A stretch of DNA of 55,588 bases from positions 1-55,588 of the forward strand of contig CAXXFV010000021.1 in assembly GCA_963674595.2 (NCBI GenBank). Direction: 5' to 3'. The notes beneath the pieces are model-generated. The model was not told where the DNA came from. It made no database searches and saw nothing but the letters and a program-made list of their open reading frames with translations. The position numbers and the translations under genes were made by a program. This DNA is from a bacterium. GTDB taxonomy: Bacteria; Zhuqueibacterota; Zhuqueibacteria; Residuimicrobiales; Krinioviventaceae. Below, one piece after another: positions 27,486 through 37,799 of the stretch (positions are counted from its first letter, which is position 1; each line of letters opens with the position of its first letter).

Positions 27486-29318
27486 TTAAATTGCTTTCTC
27501 CAATTGAATTATTGATTCTTTTGCCCTGTTAAAAAAGGCTTGCATCTCTTTGCTTTGTACGTTAGCAGGAGCAAATCTTTGAAAATCGCACTCTTGAATA
27601 AGAGAGAGATATTCCTTAACAAATTCCGGATCAAGATTTCTTGATACAAAATGCTTTTCCAGCTCTGTGCTTATAACACCGGCTTCCGACAAATTCAGTT
27701 TATCTGCAGCAAAACCAACCAGAGAACTGGAAACCTGAGCATAAAATTGTTTTTGCGTATCTTCGCTTAGCAAACTTTTGGCCTTGCTCAGGCGTTTCAT
27801 GGCGGTCCGGTTTGCTTTTCTGCTTCGTGCATAAGCGATATTACCGCTTAATTTCTCCTCATGTTTTTTATACCCAAACGAGAAGGCCAATAAAACAAGC
27901 GGCATAACAAGCAACAAAATAAAAGTACCGGATTTATAAACCCTGTTATCTTTCTTTTTAAAATCAGATGAGGATAATTTAATAAAACGAATATCCTGCC
28001 CGATAAATTTGACTTCTTCTTTTCCAACACCGGTTGACAATGGCACCAACTCCTGGTCGCCTTTTTCAACATCAACAACAAATTGTTTTGAACTAACTGT
28101 TTTAAATTGCTTTTCAGCCGGATTAAAATAGGTAAAAGTTACAGGTTTAATTATATGCTGACCTGGAAATCGCGGAATTAAAACATACTCAAAGGTTTTA
28201 CTCCCGGTTACAGCGTCATTCTTTCTATTTATTGATTCGGTAACTTTGGGTTCGTATTGTTCAAAATCATTAGGAATAAAGACATCAGGTTTTGGTATCT
28301 GTTTAATATTACCTTCACCGGATATGGTAATTTTTAAAGAAACAGCATCATTCGCCTTTACATTGGTTTTATCAAGACTGGCATTTAAATTAAATTTTCC
28401 AACCATTCCGCTAAAATTTGCCGGCCGCCCTGTTTGAGGGATGGGAAGGACCTCTATATTTACAGGTTTTGAATAAATTGATTTTCGAACAGTACGTCCA
28501 AAAAAAGGATCATCAAAAAACGAGTCAAAAATATCACGGCTCCGTCGACGACTTTGTACACGCACATCACAATCAAGTCCCATGGCGCCAATCGTTTTTT
28601 TCCCGGAAGATGTTGGAAAAAGGGCAATCTTTTTTATATCTGCAACAGTATAACGCTGGCCGTTATAAACTTCTTCTCTGGTAACAAGTTGATTGGAAGT
28701 TTCAAACTCTTCCGTCCAAAATCCTGTTGTTTCCGGCAGTTGTAAATTACTTACATTTTGAATATTAACTTTTAAATATAAACGAAATGTAACAACGACC
28801 GGCTCATTTTGATAAACCCTTGTTTTATTGACAATGGGGCGAATAAACAGGTTATCACCAAAATTTTCGCCACTTGTTTGAGCCGTATTGCCTTGTGGTG
28901 TGGCCTGTTGAGTTGGTGAAGCAGATTTTGTAATGGTTACCGATATTGGCTGTGAATAATATTTCTTGCCTTTATATTCAACACTTATTGCCGGAATTAT
29001 ATACGTACCTACCTTGGCAGCCATGTAATAATAGGTAAATGATTTCGTAACATCCATTTTGCCATTGACTATTTGAATATTCTGTGACGAACCACCCGAT
29101 CCCAAAAAATCAAGAAAATCCGATACAACCGGTGGTTCCGGCTGAGATGCTTTGTTTGCCGATTCACCGGACAACTCGATGGTCAACGTCAGTTGTTGGT
29201 TTACAGCAACACTTGTTTGGTCCAGAGACATCTTGACAGTTACCGCCTGGGCAACGGTAACGGCTGCAAGGCTAAAAATTGTGAATAACAAAAAATATTT
29301 AACTTTAAAATTCTTCAT
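27486..29318 (-). CDS. batD: BatD
   Basis: SQNIQIVNGK, VYQNEPVVVTF, PANFSGMVGKF, GSKTFEYVLIP, C-terminal TM and RFAP; operon position. Confidence 0.88.
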   Translation of the reverse strand: MKNFKVKYFLLFTIFSLAAVTVAQAVTVKMSLDQTSVAVNQQLTLTIELSGESANKASQPEPPVVSDFLDFLGSGGSSQNIQIVNGKMDVTKSFTYYYMAAKVGTYIIPAISVEYKGKKYYSQPISVTITKSASPTQQATPQGNTAQTSGENFGDNLFIRPIVNKTRVYQNEPVVVTFRLYLKVNIQNVSNLQLPETTGFWTEEFETSNQLVTREEVYNGQRYTVADIKKIALFPTSSGKKTIGAMGLDCDVRVQSRRRSRDIFDSFFDDPFFGRTVRKSIYSKPVNIEVLPIPQTGRPANFSGMVGKFNLNASLDKTNVKANDAVSLKITISGEGNIKQIPKPDVFIPNDFEQYEPKVTESINRKNDAVTGSKTFEYVLIPRFPGQHIIKPVTFTYFNPAEKQFKTVSSKQFVVDVEKGDQELVPLSTGVGKEEVKFIGQDIRFIKLSSSDFKKKDNRVYKSGTFILLLVMPLVLLAFSFGYKKHEEKLSGNIAYARSRKANRTAMKRLSKAKSLLSEDTQKQFYAQVSSSLVGFAADKLNLSEAGVISTELEKHFVSRNLDPEFVKEYLSLIQECDFQRFAPANVQSKEMQAFFNRAKESIIQLEKAI

Positions 29319-29324
29319 CTCGAA

Positions 29325-30089
29325 TTACCAGTCCTTTGAAACCGACATACGTCCAGGCATTTTTTTTCTTTGTGCGTCTTTTAATTTTTCCTTGTCTTCC
29401 TTGAGAGCCTCTAAAATACGTTCGGCATCTTCTTTGGAAATATTCTGCTCTTGTGCCTGCATTTGCTGCTGTTGTTGCTGCTGCTCTTGCTGGTCCTGAT
29501 TTTCCTGATCCTTATTTTGCTCATCCTGTTGTTGTTGGTCCTGCTGCTGTTGCTGCTCTTGTTGGTCCTGATTCTCCTGATCCTTATTTTGCTGATCTTG
29601 TTGCTGTTGGTCTTGCTGCTGTTGTTGTTGCTGTTTCTGCTGATCTTGCTGCTGTTTTTGAGATTTGTCCTTTAACTGTCTGCGAACAAACTCGAGATTA
29701 TACTTGGCATCCTGATCATCCGGATCAAGCTCAAGGGCCTTTTTATAGGACATAATACTCTCCGGCCACTTGTTCATACGATAAAGAGTGTTGCCCATAT
29801 TGTAATAAGTTCTTTCCTGAAGTTTTGCATCATCGGAACTGAGACAAGCCTCATATTCCTTCATCGCATCTTCATACTTTGATTTTTTGTATTGAGCAGA
29901 ACCGATATTATGTTTGATGTCAGGAGATTCAGGACTGTCTACCTGAGCATCAAGGTATTTATTTAAAGCCTGATCATACTTTTCTTCCAGAAAAAGCTCG
30001 TTACCTTCAATAACTTTTTTTCTGGCAGACTGTGAAAATACCTGCTGAAACAATAAAAATGTAAAAAGTACAATTAATATTTTCTTCAT
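29325..30089 (-). CDS. batC: BatC (TPR protein with Gln-rich linker)
   Basis: YYNMGNTLY, YKKALELDPDDQDAKYNLE, ISKEDAERILEAL, C-terminal KDW. Confidence 0.88.
   Translation of the reverse strand: MKKILIVLFTFLLFQQVFSQSARKKVIEGNELFLEEKYDQALNKYLDAQVDSPESPDIKHNIGSAQYKKSKYEDAMKEYEACLSSDDAKLQERTYYNMGNTLYRMNKWPESIMSYKKALELDPDDQDAKYNLEFVRRQLKDKSQKQQQDQQKQQQQQQQDQQQQDQQNKDQENQDQQEQQQQQDQQQQDEQNKDQENQDQQEQQQQQQQMQAQEQNISKEDAERILEALKEDKEKLKDAQRKKMPGRMSVSKDW
29480..29625 (-). repeat. 72-bp (24-aa) tandem duplication in Gln-rich linker of batC
   Basis: CCTTATTTTGCT at 29510 and 29582; QQQQQDQQQQD(Q/E)QNKDQENQDQQE twice. Confidence 0.8.
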
Positions 30090-30102
30090 TTTAAAAATAT
30101 CC

Positions 30103-31134
30103 CTACATAAACCTGCCACGCCATTCCTGCTTTACTTTACGTCGTTCGGAAAGTAATAATTCCCAAACAAGCAGTAAAATAACAAAGACCAATAAATATT
30201 GAAAGCGGTCTTCGAATTGCGAAAATTGCATGGAACCAAGTTCTTTTTTATCCATTTTATTTATGTCATCATAGATTTTTTGCAGTTCATCTTCACCACC
30301 GGTAGCTCTGTAATATTTTCCACCGGTTTGCAAAGCAATTTTTTCCAGAGTCACTTCATCCAGTTTGGTGATAATTACCTGGCCGCTTTTATCTTTTTTA
30401 AATCCTTTAGATGCAGAGCCGCTTTCATCAACCGGAATAGGATCGCCTTTTGCTGAACCAATGCCAACGCAATATATCACAATACCTTCTTTTTCTGCTT
30501 CCTTGGCTATTTCCAGCGCATCACCCTGGTGATCTTCACCATCCGTAATAAGGACCAATACTTTATGCTTTCGTTCTTTTTGGTCAAAAGCATCAACACT
30601 CTTTTGAATGGCTTTACCTATAGCGGTTCCGGGTGTTGGAATCAAATCCGGGTCCATAATATCAAGAAAGATTTTCGCAGCACCATAGTCCAGAGTCAGG
30701 GGACATTGCACAAAAGCAATTCCGGAAAAGGCAACAAGCCCGATACGGTCACCCTGCAGCCGTTCTATAAATGTTTCCACCTCATGTTTGGCTTTTTGCA
30801 AACGGCTTGGGGCTACGTCTCTGGCAAGCATGGATTTTGAAACATCCATTGCCACGATCACGTCAACGCCTTCTCTTTTAACTTCTTCCAGCTTCGTGCC
30901 TATTTGCGGCCGCGCCATGGCAAAAACCAGAAACATAATAGCAGAGAGTAACAGGGCAATTTTAGCGACTTGTCTGCCACGACTGGTGTTGCGGCTTAAT
31001 TTTTTCAGTAATTCCAGATTACCAAACCGCTGCATGGCTTTTTGTTTTGCCCGAAAGACAAAAACGTAAAAAATAATAAAAATCGGGACAAGCCATAACA
31101 AATGTAATAAAAAGCTATTTCCAAAACGAAGCAT
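30103..31134 (-). CDS. batB: BatB (vWA domain)
   Basis: MARPQIG, DVSKSM MIDAS, PSRLQKAK, QCPLTLDY, ITDGEDH. Confidence 0.9.
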   Translation of the reverse strand: MLRFGNSFLLHLLWLVPIFIIFYVFVFRAKQKAMQRFGNLELLKKLSRNTSRGRQVAKIALLLSAIMFLVFAMARPQIGTKLEEVKREGVDVIVAMDVSKSMLARDVAPSRLQKAKHEVETFIERLQGDRIGLVAFSGIAFVQCPLTLDYGAAKIFLDIMDPDLIPTPGTAIGKAIQKSVDAFDQKERKHKVLVLITDGEDHQGDALEIAKEAEKEGIVIYCVGIGSAKGDPIPVDESGSASKGFKKDKSGQVIITKLDEVTLEKIALQTGGKYYRATGGEDELQKIYDDINKMDKKELGSMQFSQFEDRFQYLLVFVILLLVWELLLSERRKVKQEWRGRFM

Positions 31135-31155
31135 ATAAAAAGAAACCTCGGTTAA

Positions 31156-32148
31156 TTATGGTATTTTTCGAAAACGTGTATTTGCTAAAACAATTTCTAC
31201 AACCAGCAATGCCAAAGCAATCAACAAATATCTAAGGAACAATTCCTTATATCGTGTATATTGCTTGACTTCAATTTTTGTTTTTTCCAGGTCACCAATT
31301 TCATCATAAATCTTTTTCAAACTTTCAGTATCGGTGGCCCGGAAATATTGTCCGCCGGTAGTGGCAGCCACTTTTTGTAACAAATCTTCATCTATTTGGA
31401 CCGGCATTCTGACATATCTTTTGCCGAATATCGGATCATCAACCGGATACAAAGCCTCACCTTTTTTACCGGCACCTATTGTATAAATGCGAATATCAAA
31501 AGCTTTGGCGACCTTGGCGGCTGTCAGCGGATCCAGTTCACCGCGATTATTACGTCCATCCGTCAATAAAATAACAACTTTACTTTTTGCTTTACTGTCA
31601 CGAAGACGGTTAACACAATTACCAATTGCCATACCGATTGCTGTTCCGTCATCAATCATTCCGATTTTAATTTCTTCCAGAAACCGTAACAAAATTCCAT
31701 AATCCAAAGTCAAAGGACATTGTGTGAAACCTTGTGCCGCAAAGACGACCAGACCAATCCGGTCACTTTGACGGCCTTTAATAAAATCAGAAGCAACAAT
31801 CTTGGACGCTTCGAGACGATTCTTGGGCTTAAAATCTTCCGCCAGCATACTGCTGGAAATATCCATAGCCAAAATAATATCAATTCCCTCGGTTGTTATT
31901 TCCTCTTCAGTGCGTCCGGATTGCGGTCTGGCAAAACCGACAATCAGCAAAGCGATTACAGCCATTCTCAGAACAAATAAAATATGCCGATATTTTTTAA
32001 TCGGTGATGTTTTTACTTTTTTAATAATACCCAGGTTCGAGTACTTGAGCGTGGACGTGTTTTTCCTGTTCTTTTTAATATACCAATAAACTAATACCGG
32101 TATAATGGCCAGTAAGGCAAGAAATTCCGGATTTGCAAATCGAAACAT
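31156..32148 (-). CDS. batA: BatA (vWA domain)
   Basis: FRFANP, ARPQ, DISSSMLAEDFKPKNRL, GTAIG, LLTDGRNNRG, TGGQYFRATD. Confidence 0.92.
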   Translation of the reverse strand: MFRFANPEFLALLAIIPVLVYWYIKKNRKNTSTLKYSNLGIIKKVKTSPIKKYRHILFVLRMAVIALLIVGFARPQSGRTEEEITTEGIDIILAMDISSSMLAEDFKPKNRLEASKIVASDFIKGRQSDRIGLVVFAAQGFTQCPLTLDYGILLRFLEEIKIGMIDDGTAIGMAIGNCVNRLRDSKAKSKVVILLTDGRNNRGELDPLTAAKVAKAFDIRIYTIGAGKKGEALYPVDDPIFGKRYVRMPVQIDEDLLQKVAATTGGQYFRATDTESLKKIYDEIGDLEKTKIEVKQYTRYKELFLRYLLIALALLVVEIVLANTRFRKIP

Positions 32149-32149
32149 A

Positions 32150-33193
32150 TTAATTCCCCTCCTGTTTGATTTGTTCTTCCGTCTCCGGTACCGTGGTTTC
32201 TTCCTGGTCTACCGGATCATTTTCGGTTTCCGCTGTTGATTGCACGGCTTCCGGTTTTTCGTATTCCACTTTTGTTGCATTTATAAAATCAAAAGCATCC
32301 TGAGTGGTTTTATCAATTTCATTTTGTTCAGGAATATACTTGGCAAACTTGACAAGGTCACATTCATTTAAAAAAGTGTACATCATTTCAATATATTCTT
32401 TATCAAGCTGTTCGGTTTTCATATTTTCCAAAAGTTGGGTTGTCGTCATTTCAATGGCACTGATAAAAAACCGGCCCTCAATGTAATGACGAACAATATC
32501 GGATAATTGGATAAAATATTCCTTAATTTTGCCCGTTTGCAGCAAATCACTATTTACCAATTTTTCAAGCTGCTCAAGGGCCACCTGATGGGCGGGACGC
32601 GGAGGTTCCTGCCGTTTGGGTAAAATAGATTTACCCGCTCGTCGTCGTTTCCAAAAGTAAAAACCAAGCGCAGCAGCGATAAGGACAACAAGAGCAATAA
32701 TACCCATGATAATATAAAATTTAATGTCCTGCGGCGGTTCAACAGGTGGTTTTATATCTCGAATATCACCGGCTTCTTCGGCGACCAGACTTTCCACCTT
32801 TATGGTTATTGGTTCTGTTTTTAAAAATTTTATAGTACTGTCGGATGTTGTAGAGTAACCGATTTCCAGTTCCGGAATTTCAAATTCTCCGGTATCAAAA
32901 GTGGAAATAAGATAATCTGTTTGATCAACAATTTGGCCGTCTTCCTGTTCACGGGATTCCAGCACTTTGTAATCACGAATTTCAAACTGTCCCAAGTTAA
33001 TTGCCAGGGTTGGTGTTTGAAGGTCTATATCCTTATCGTGGGTTACAACAACAGAATATTTTATAACGTCACCAATATAAATCGTACTCTTGTCGACGTG
33101 TGATTCAATTGAAATTTGTCCTGCGCCATAAAGATGTAAAGCGCAAAAGAGGACACCAAATAATATATAAAAATATTTTTTTAACAACATCAT
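32150..33193 (-). CDS. Bat-operon membrane protein (BatD-like Ig domain + TM + helical C-terminus)
   Basis: VDKSTIYIGD, TFDTGEFEIP, IRDIKPP, TM, AIEMTT, CDLVKFAK. Confidence 0.75.
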   Translation of the reverse strand: MMLLKKYFYILFGVLFCALHLYGAGQISIESHVDKSTIYIGDVIKYSVVVTHDKDIDLQTPTLAINLGQFEIRDYKVLESREQEDGQIVDQTDYLISTFDTGEFEIPELEIGYSTTSDSTIKFLKTEPITIKVESLVAEEAGDIRDIKPPVEPPQDIKFYIIMGIIALVVLIAAALGFYFWKRRRAGKSILPKRQEPPRPAHQVALEQLEKLVNSDLLQTGKIKEYFIQLSDIVRHYIEGRFFISAIEMTTTQLLENMKTEQLDKEYIEMMYTFLNECDLVKFAKYIPEQNEIDKTTQDAFDFINATKVEYEKPEAVQSTAETENDPVDQEETTVPETEEQIKQEGN

Positions 33194-33230
33194 AGTGTAT
33201 TAGCTTCAGCGTTAAGATTATTCAAATAAT

Positions 33231-34169
33231 TTATCGGACCTGGTTATCATAAAATTTAACACCCTCTGCAAGGATCATCTTTTCAATCAATCCCTGATAG
33301 GCGTCTTTATATTTTTCAAGATAATATTCCTGAGCAACTTTATCTTTTACCTGATCAAATGATTTTTCAGAAATAATATTGCCGTCATTATCCTTTTCGG
33401 CATAATTGTCTTTATTTGCTTCGTAATAAAGTTTAACATCATTGTCCTGAATGTCTATTTTTGATGCAACCCGTTCCTGCAAAAGCTTGCGCACCATAAT
33501 AGACTTTTTCATCTGAAAAGCACCCTCGATAACATCCGGATCCGAATCCAGGCCGGCACGTTTGGCAGTATCATACAAAAGTTCTGTGGCCACAAATTCA
33601 CGTAAAAAATCCAGTTTTTTGTTTTTATCATGGAACTGTTCGCGAACAGTTGGGGGTAACTGATCAATCTCAAAATCCAGATCACCCTGGGTAATTTCTC
33701 TTTTTCCAATTTTGGCAACAATAGCGCCGGGGCGCTTTTTCTCAACCTTGGAAGGATCCAACTGTACAGACTCGTCCAGGGCCTGCTGAGCATCTTCGGA
33801 ACGTTCCAGGCGTTCCAGGCAAGCAATGATCTTTTTATTGGTCTCTTCAACAAGACTGCTTTCCGGATACAGATGTTTTATTTTCAAATAAAAAGCCAGA
33901 GCGTTTTCATAATCTTTTAACCGATCAAAATAGGTATTTGCAATAATATAATTTACATTTGCCTGTTCACGGGCATCAATGTCGTATTCATTTAAATATT
34001 TGACATATTGCTCGATAGCCTGCTTGTACAAAGACCTGTTGATCAAGTCTCCGGCATACTCTCGTACCTTGTCACCATCTACAGCCGGTTTATTAGTTGA
34101 ATTGCATCCGGCCATCGTGAACAGGACAGCGATAATAAAACCGACTTTAAATATTTTATTCATTTTCAT
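33231..34169 (-). CDS. TPR lipoprotein with PrsA/SurA-like NC chaperone domain, no parvulin domain
   Basis: Lipobox MAGC; TPRs; VAKIGKREITQGDL...ELLYDTAKRAGLD...DVKLYYEANKDNY...SFDQVKDKV. Confidence 0.65.
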   Translation of the reverse strand: MKMNKIFKVGFIIAVLFTMAGCNSTNKPAVDGDKVREYAGDLINRSLYKQAIEQYVKYLNEYDIDAREQANVNYIIANTYFDRLKDYENALAFYLKIKHLYPESSLVEETNKKIIACLERLERSEDAQQALDESVQLDPSKVEKKRPGAIVAKIGKREITQGDLDFEIDQLPPTVREQFHDKNKKLDFLREFVATELLYDTAKRAGLDSDPDVIEGAFQMKKSIMVRKLLQERVASKIDIQDNDVKLYYEANKDNYAEKDNDGNIISEKSFDQVKDKVAQEYYLEKYKDAYQGLIEKMILAEGVKFYDNQVR

Positions 34170-34193
34170 TACATCCTCCGAAAACTAGTCTAT

Positions 34194-35072
34194 TTAACGG
34201 AACCGTTTCGCCCGCATTCTAAAAAAACGAATCAATGGTTCAATATAACCCTGATCTGTGCGAATGTCAATATGGTCAACATTCATAGTACGAAATAATT
34301 TTTCACGTGCAATAACCGCTTCCGATGTATGAACAGCAAAATCATTTCGAACATCCACACTGGATGTATCTACAAGAAAAGTCTCTCCGGTTTCAGCATC
34401 TTCAAGCTCAATAAAGCCGATATCCGGCAAATCCACTTCTCTCGGATCAGTTACTGTTATGGCAACAATATCATGTCGTTTGTTGGCAATTTGCAGAGCT
34501 TTTTCATAATTTGAGCTGATAAAATCAGACACCAAAAACACAACAGCACGCCGCTGAGTTATACGAGACAAAAATTCAAGCGCTTCAGCAATGTTCGTCT
34601 GGTGCCCCTGCGGTTCATGATAAAGAATTTCCCGGACTACCCGCAAAACATGGGACTTGCCTTTTTTCGGTGCGACAAATTTTTCTACCTTGTCGGAAAA
34701 AATTACAAGCCCGACTTTATCATTATTTTTAATGGCTGAAAAAGCCAACAGAGCACAAATCTCTGCCGCTATTTCTCCCTTCATCTGCTCAACCGTTCCA
34801 AACTCTCCAGAGGAACTAACGTCCACCAGCAGCATGACCGTTAGTTCACGCTCTTCCTCGAAAACTTTAACAAACGGGTGCCCCATTCTGGCAGATACAT
34901 TCCAATCAATCATTCGAATATCATCACCGACCTGATATTCACGTACCTCGGAAAACTCCATCCCTCTGCCTTTAAAGACGGAATGATATTCTCCGGAGAA
35001 CACGTCATTAACAAGCCCGCGTGTTTGTATCTCAATTCTTTTAACTTTTTTAAGTATCTCTTTTGGAATCAC
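34194..35072 (-). CDS. DUF58 family protein (MoxR-associated vWA-like)
   Basis: GEYHSVFKGRGMEFSEVREYQVGDDIRMIDWNVSAR, FEEERE, DVSSS, VSDF. Confidence 0.92.
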   Translation of the reverse strand: MIPKEILKKVKRIEIQTRGLVNDVFSGEYHSVFKGRGMEFSEVREYQVGDDIRMIDWNVSARMGHPFVKVFEEERELTVMLLVDVSSSGEFGTVEQMKGEIAAEICALLAFSAIKNNDKVGLVIFSDKVEKFVAPKKGKSHVLRVVREILYHEPQGHQTNIAEALEFLSRITQRRAVVFLVSDFISSNYEKALQIANKRHDIVAITVTDPREVDLPDIGFIELEDAETGETFLVDTSSVDVRNDFAVHTSEAVIAREKLFRTMNVDHIDIRTDQGYIEPLIRFFRMRAKRFR

Positions 35073-35088
35073 GGCTCATCACACTTTT

Positions 35089-36078
35089 TTATGGTACTTC
35101 AATTTTATTTAATACTTTGCGTACAACTTCTTCTGCGGTAATTTCTTCGGCTTCTGCTTCATAGGTAACAATAACACGGTGACGCAGCACATCCATGCCG
35201 ATAGACCGGACATCTTCAGGAGTAACATATCCACGTCTTCGTAAAAAGGCATGCGCTTTGGCAGCCATACACAAATTAATAGAAGCACGCGGTGAGGCGC
35301 CAAAAGCAATCAAACCATTGAGTTCCTCAAGACCAAAATCAGAAGGTTTACGTGTTGCAAAAACAATATCAACAATATAATTTTCAATCTTGGGATCCAA
35401 ATAAACCTGGTGCACGGCCGCTTTTGCCTTAATAATATCTTCAGGTGTTACTACGGTTTCAGCAGTCGGAATATCTTTTTGTGTCATCCGACGCATAATT
35501 TCAAGCTCTTCATTTCGGTCCGGGTAACCGACCGAAAGTTTCAACATAAAACGGTCGACTTGCGCTTCCGGTAACGGATAGGTTCCTTCCTGCTCAATTG
35601 GGTTCTGTGTGGCCAAAACCAAAAACGGGGACGGCAGGCTAAAAGTTGTTTCACCAATTGTAACCTGTCGTTCCTGCATGGCTTCCAAAAGTGCAGACTG
35701 GACTTTGGCAGGAGAACGGTTAATTTCGTCGGCGAGTACGAGGTTGGAAAAAACAGGTCCCTGTTTTACGGAAAACTTGCCGTTTTTTTGATCGTAAATC
35801 ATTGTTCCAATAATATCAGCCGGCAGCAAGTCCGGGGTAAACTGGATACGTTTAAACTCTGTTTTAATTACAGATGAAAGCGTTTTGACTGCCATTGTTT
35901 TTGCAAGCCCGGGCACACCTTCAAGAAGAATATGGCCGTCAGCCAATAATCCGACAAGCAAGCGCTCTACCATATATTTCTGGCCTACAATGACCTTTCC
36001 CACCTGATCCATTATCTTGTCGATAAAAGCGCTCTCTTTTTCTATTTTTGCATTAATTTCTTTAATATCGATATTCAT
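35089..36078 (-). CDS. moxR: MoxR family AAA+ ATPase
   Basis: LLEGVPGLAKT, RIQFTPDLLPAD, DEINRSPAKVQSALLEAMQE, ATQNPIEQEGTYPLPEAQVDRF; start at ATG behind GGAGG. Confidence 0.93.
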   Translation of the reverse strand: MNIDIKEINAKIEKESAFIDKIMDQVGKVIVGQKYMVERLLVGLLADGHILLEGVPGLAKTMAVKTLSSVIKTEFKRIQFTPDLLPADIIGTMIYDQKNGKFSVKQGPVFSNLVLADEINRSPAKVQSALLEAMQERQVTIGETTFSLPSPFLVLATQNPIEQEGTYPLPEAQVDRFMLKLSVGYPDRNEELEIMRRMTQKDIPTAETVVTPEDIIKAKAAVHQVYLDPKIENYIVDIVFATRKPSDFGLEELNGLIAFGASPRASINLCMAAKAHAFLRRRGYVTPEDVRSIGMDVLRHRVIVTYEAEAEEITAEEVVRKVLNKIEVP

Positions 36079-36095
36079 TGAACCTCCCAAACAGG

Positions 36096-37052
36096 CTAAT
36101 CATTAATTGATTCATTTGGATTCTCTTCCGTTGTATTTAAATAATCATTACGTAAACTTTTTTCCAAAACAGCTTCGCACAAGGTTATTACACGGTCCAG
36201 TTCACTTTTTTCAACACTGCCTCCGGAAAATTTAACGACATCGGCAACAGATAAAACTTCTGATATATCGTTTATAAACCGTTCCTGAAAGTCCTGACGA
36301 ATAAGCTTTTGTTTCAGATCTTCTGTCGTTACTTCCAGTCCGGGCAGATTGAATTTTTCCGTTAAAAACTTTCGTAGTATTTTGGAACAGGTTGAAATAG
36401 CCAGGCCGGTATCCTGATCTATATTCGTTTTACCGGAAACCGTTTTGAGTTCCTGTAAATATTTTTCTTCAATTATTACGTTTTCAATTGCCAATTGTTC
36501 CGCTTTCAATTTTTCCGCTGCTTTTCTTTTGCGAATATTGATGAACAAGAAAATGCACAGCGCAATACCAAGAGCACCGATTAAAACCCACAAAATCCAC
36601 ATTTTTGAACCCGGCTCCGGTAACGGATCAACAACTTTGACTTCAATCCTGTTTGTTACAAGCCTGAAATCTTTATCAGCAGCCATATCCGTATATTTAA
36701 TAATCATCCCTTCGGCATAACCCATTCCCAGGCCCTGGGGTTTTAAAATATATTCGTATGTTTCAATGGCTGTATTTTGTCCGTCGATAACCGCAACACG
36801 ATTGGATGACGAATTTCCAATAATATCAAAATTTTGTAAAATTGGATTGTCAAACTGGTGAACTTCAAACCGGTCAAGATCGCCGTACCATTTCAACTCA
36901 ATTGTAAAGGTAACCGTACGGTTTAACGGTACTTTGGTATCATTAACACTGGCGGTGACTTTAATACCGTTGTCAGTGTTGGAAATGCTTTGAGCATGTA
37001 AACCGGAAAGCATAACGCCAAAAAGAAAAACAAGATAAAATTTATAGTTCAT
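36096..37052 (-). CDS. second BatD-like Ig domain membrane protein
   Basis: VTASVNDTKVPLNRTVTFTI, YEYILKP, TM, LEVTTEDL, ADVVKFSG; same architecture as 32150-33193. Confidence 0.65.
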   Translation of the reverse strand: MNYKFYLVFLFGVMLSGLHAQSISNTDNGIKVTASVNDTKVPLNRTVTFTIELKWYGDLDRFEVHQFDNPILQNFDIIGNSSSNRVAVIDGQNTAIETYEYILKPQGLGMGYAEGMIIKYTDMAADKDFRLVTNRIEVKVVDPLPEPGSKMWILWVLIGALGIALCIFLFINIRKRKAAEKLKAEQLAIENVIIEEKYLQELKTVSGKTNIDQDTGLAISTCSKILRKFLTEKFNLPGLEVTTEDLKQKLIRQDFQERFINDISEVLSVADVVKFSGGSVEKSELDRVITLCEAVLEKSLRNDYLNTTEENPNESIND

Positions 37053-37223
37053 CTTACAAAGCCTTTATTAAAATGCTCAATAAAAAAGCCGATTTCTTTG
37101 GCATCTTTTTAACCAAATAGGATCAGCTTAATTGTTATGCGATTCTATTGAACAGAAATTAAAATTCTTAAATAGATGCCTCTATTATAAAATATATAAT
37201 CCTGCCCCCCCAAGATTTTTTAC

Positions 37224-37730
37224 TTAATTATTCTTTTTTGTCTCCGGCTCTTCCAATTGAAGCTCGATGTCGGTAATATCTTTGCCTAAATTATCCAGCT
37301 CCCATTGTACAGACGAAGCAAGTTCATGGTCGGGATGTTTTTGCAAAAACTCCGTATAAGCTTTACGGGCTTTTTCCATATCTTTTAAATTGTTGGCATA
37401 AGTATAGCCAATCATAAACTGGCTGTTTATGACATGTCCGCTTTGAGGGAACTCTTTGATAATCCGATTATAGCATGCTATTGCTTTATCGAAATCATTT
37501 AAATTATTGGCATAAACAAATCCTAAATTATACAGACTTTCATCAATATTTTTAGAATCCGGATATTTGTTAATTAAAGTTTCAAGTGTGGTGGCCATCT
37601 CCTTCCACTGTTCCTTGTTCTCATAATCACGAGCTTTTGCTCTAAGCTGTTCTTCGGTTAAATTATTGCCGCAGCTAGCGATTATCATCAACATAACGAT
37701 AGAAACGATATAAGCATACCAATGCCTCAT
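37224..37730 (-). CDS. TPR lipoprotein (CpoB/BamD-like repeats)
   Basis: Lipobox IASC; repeats SLYNLGFVY...IIKEFPQS, SQFMIGYTY...FLQKHPDH. Confidence 0.75.
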   Translation of the reverse strand: MRHWYAYIVSIVMLMIIASCGNNLTEEQLRAKARDYENKEQWKEMATTLETLINKYPDSKNIDESLYNLGFVYANNLNDFDKAIACYNRIIKEFPQSGHVINSQFMIGYTYANNLKDMEKARKAYTEFLQKHPDHELASSVQWELDNLGKDITDIELQLEEPETKKNN

Positions 37731-37799
37731 TTACGACCCTCCGTCCTTCTAGTTAAACATTTTCCAATATATTGAGCTCCCAACCAGCTAAAAAAGTTA

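Noticed and set aside
29451-29755. Plus-strand poly-Leu and poly-Ala/Val ORFs
   Set aside because: Antisense of the CAG/CAA tract in batC
37205-37211. C7 tract near the putative Bat operon promoter as a phase-variation switch
   Set aside because: Seven bases is short for slipped-strand switching and the promoter is not firmly defined
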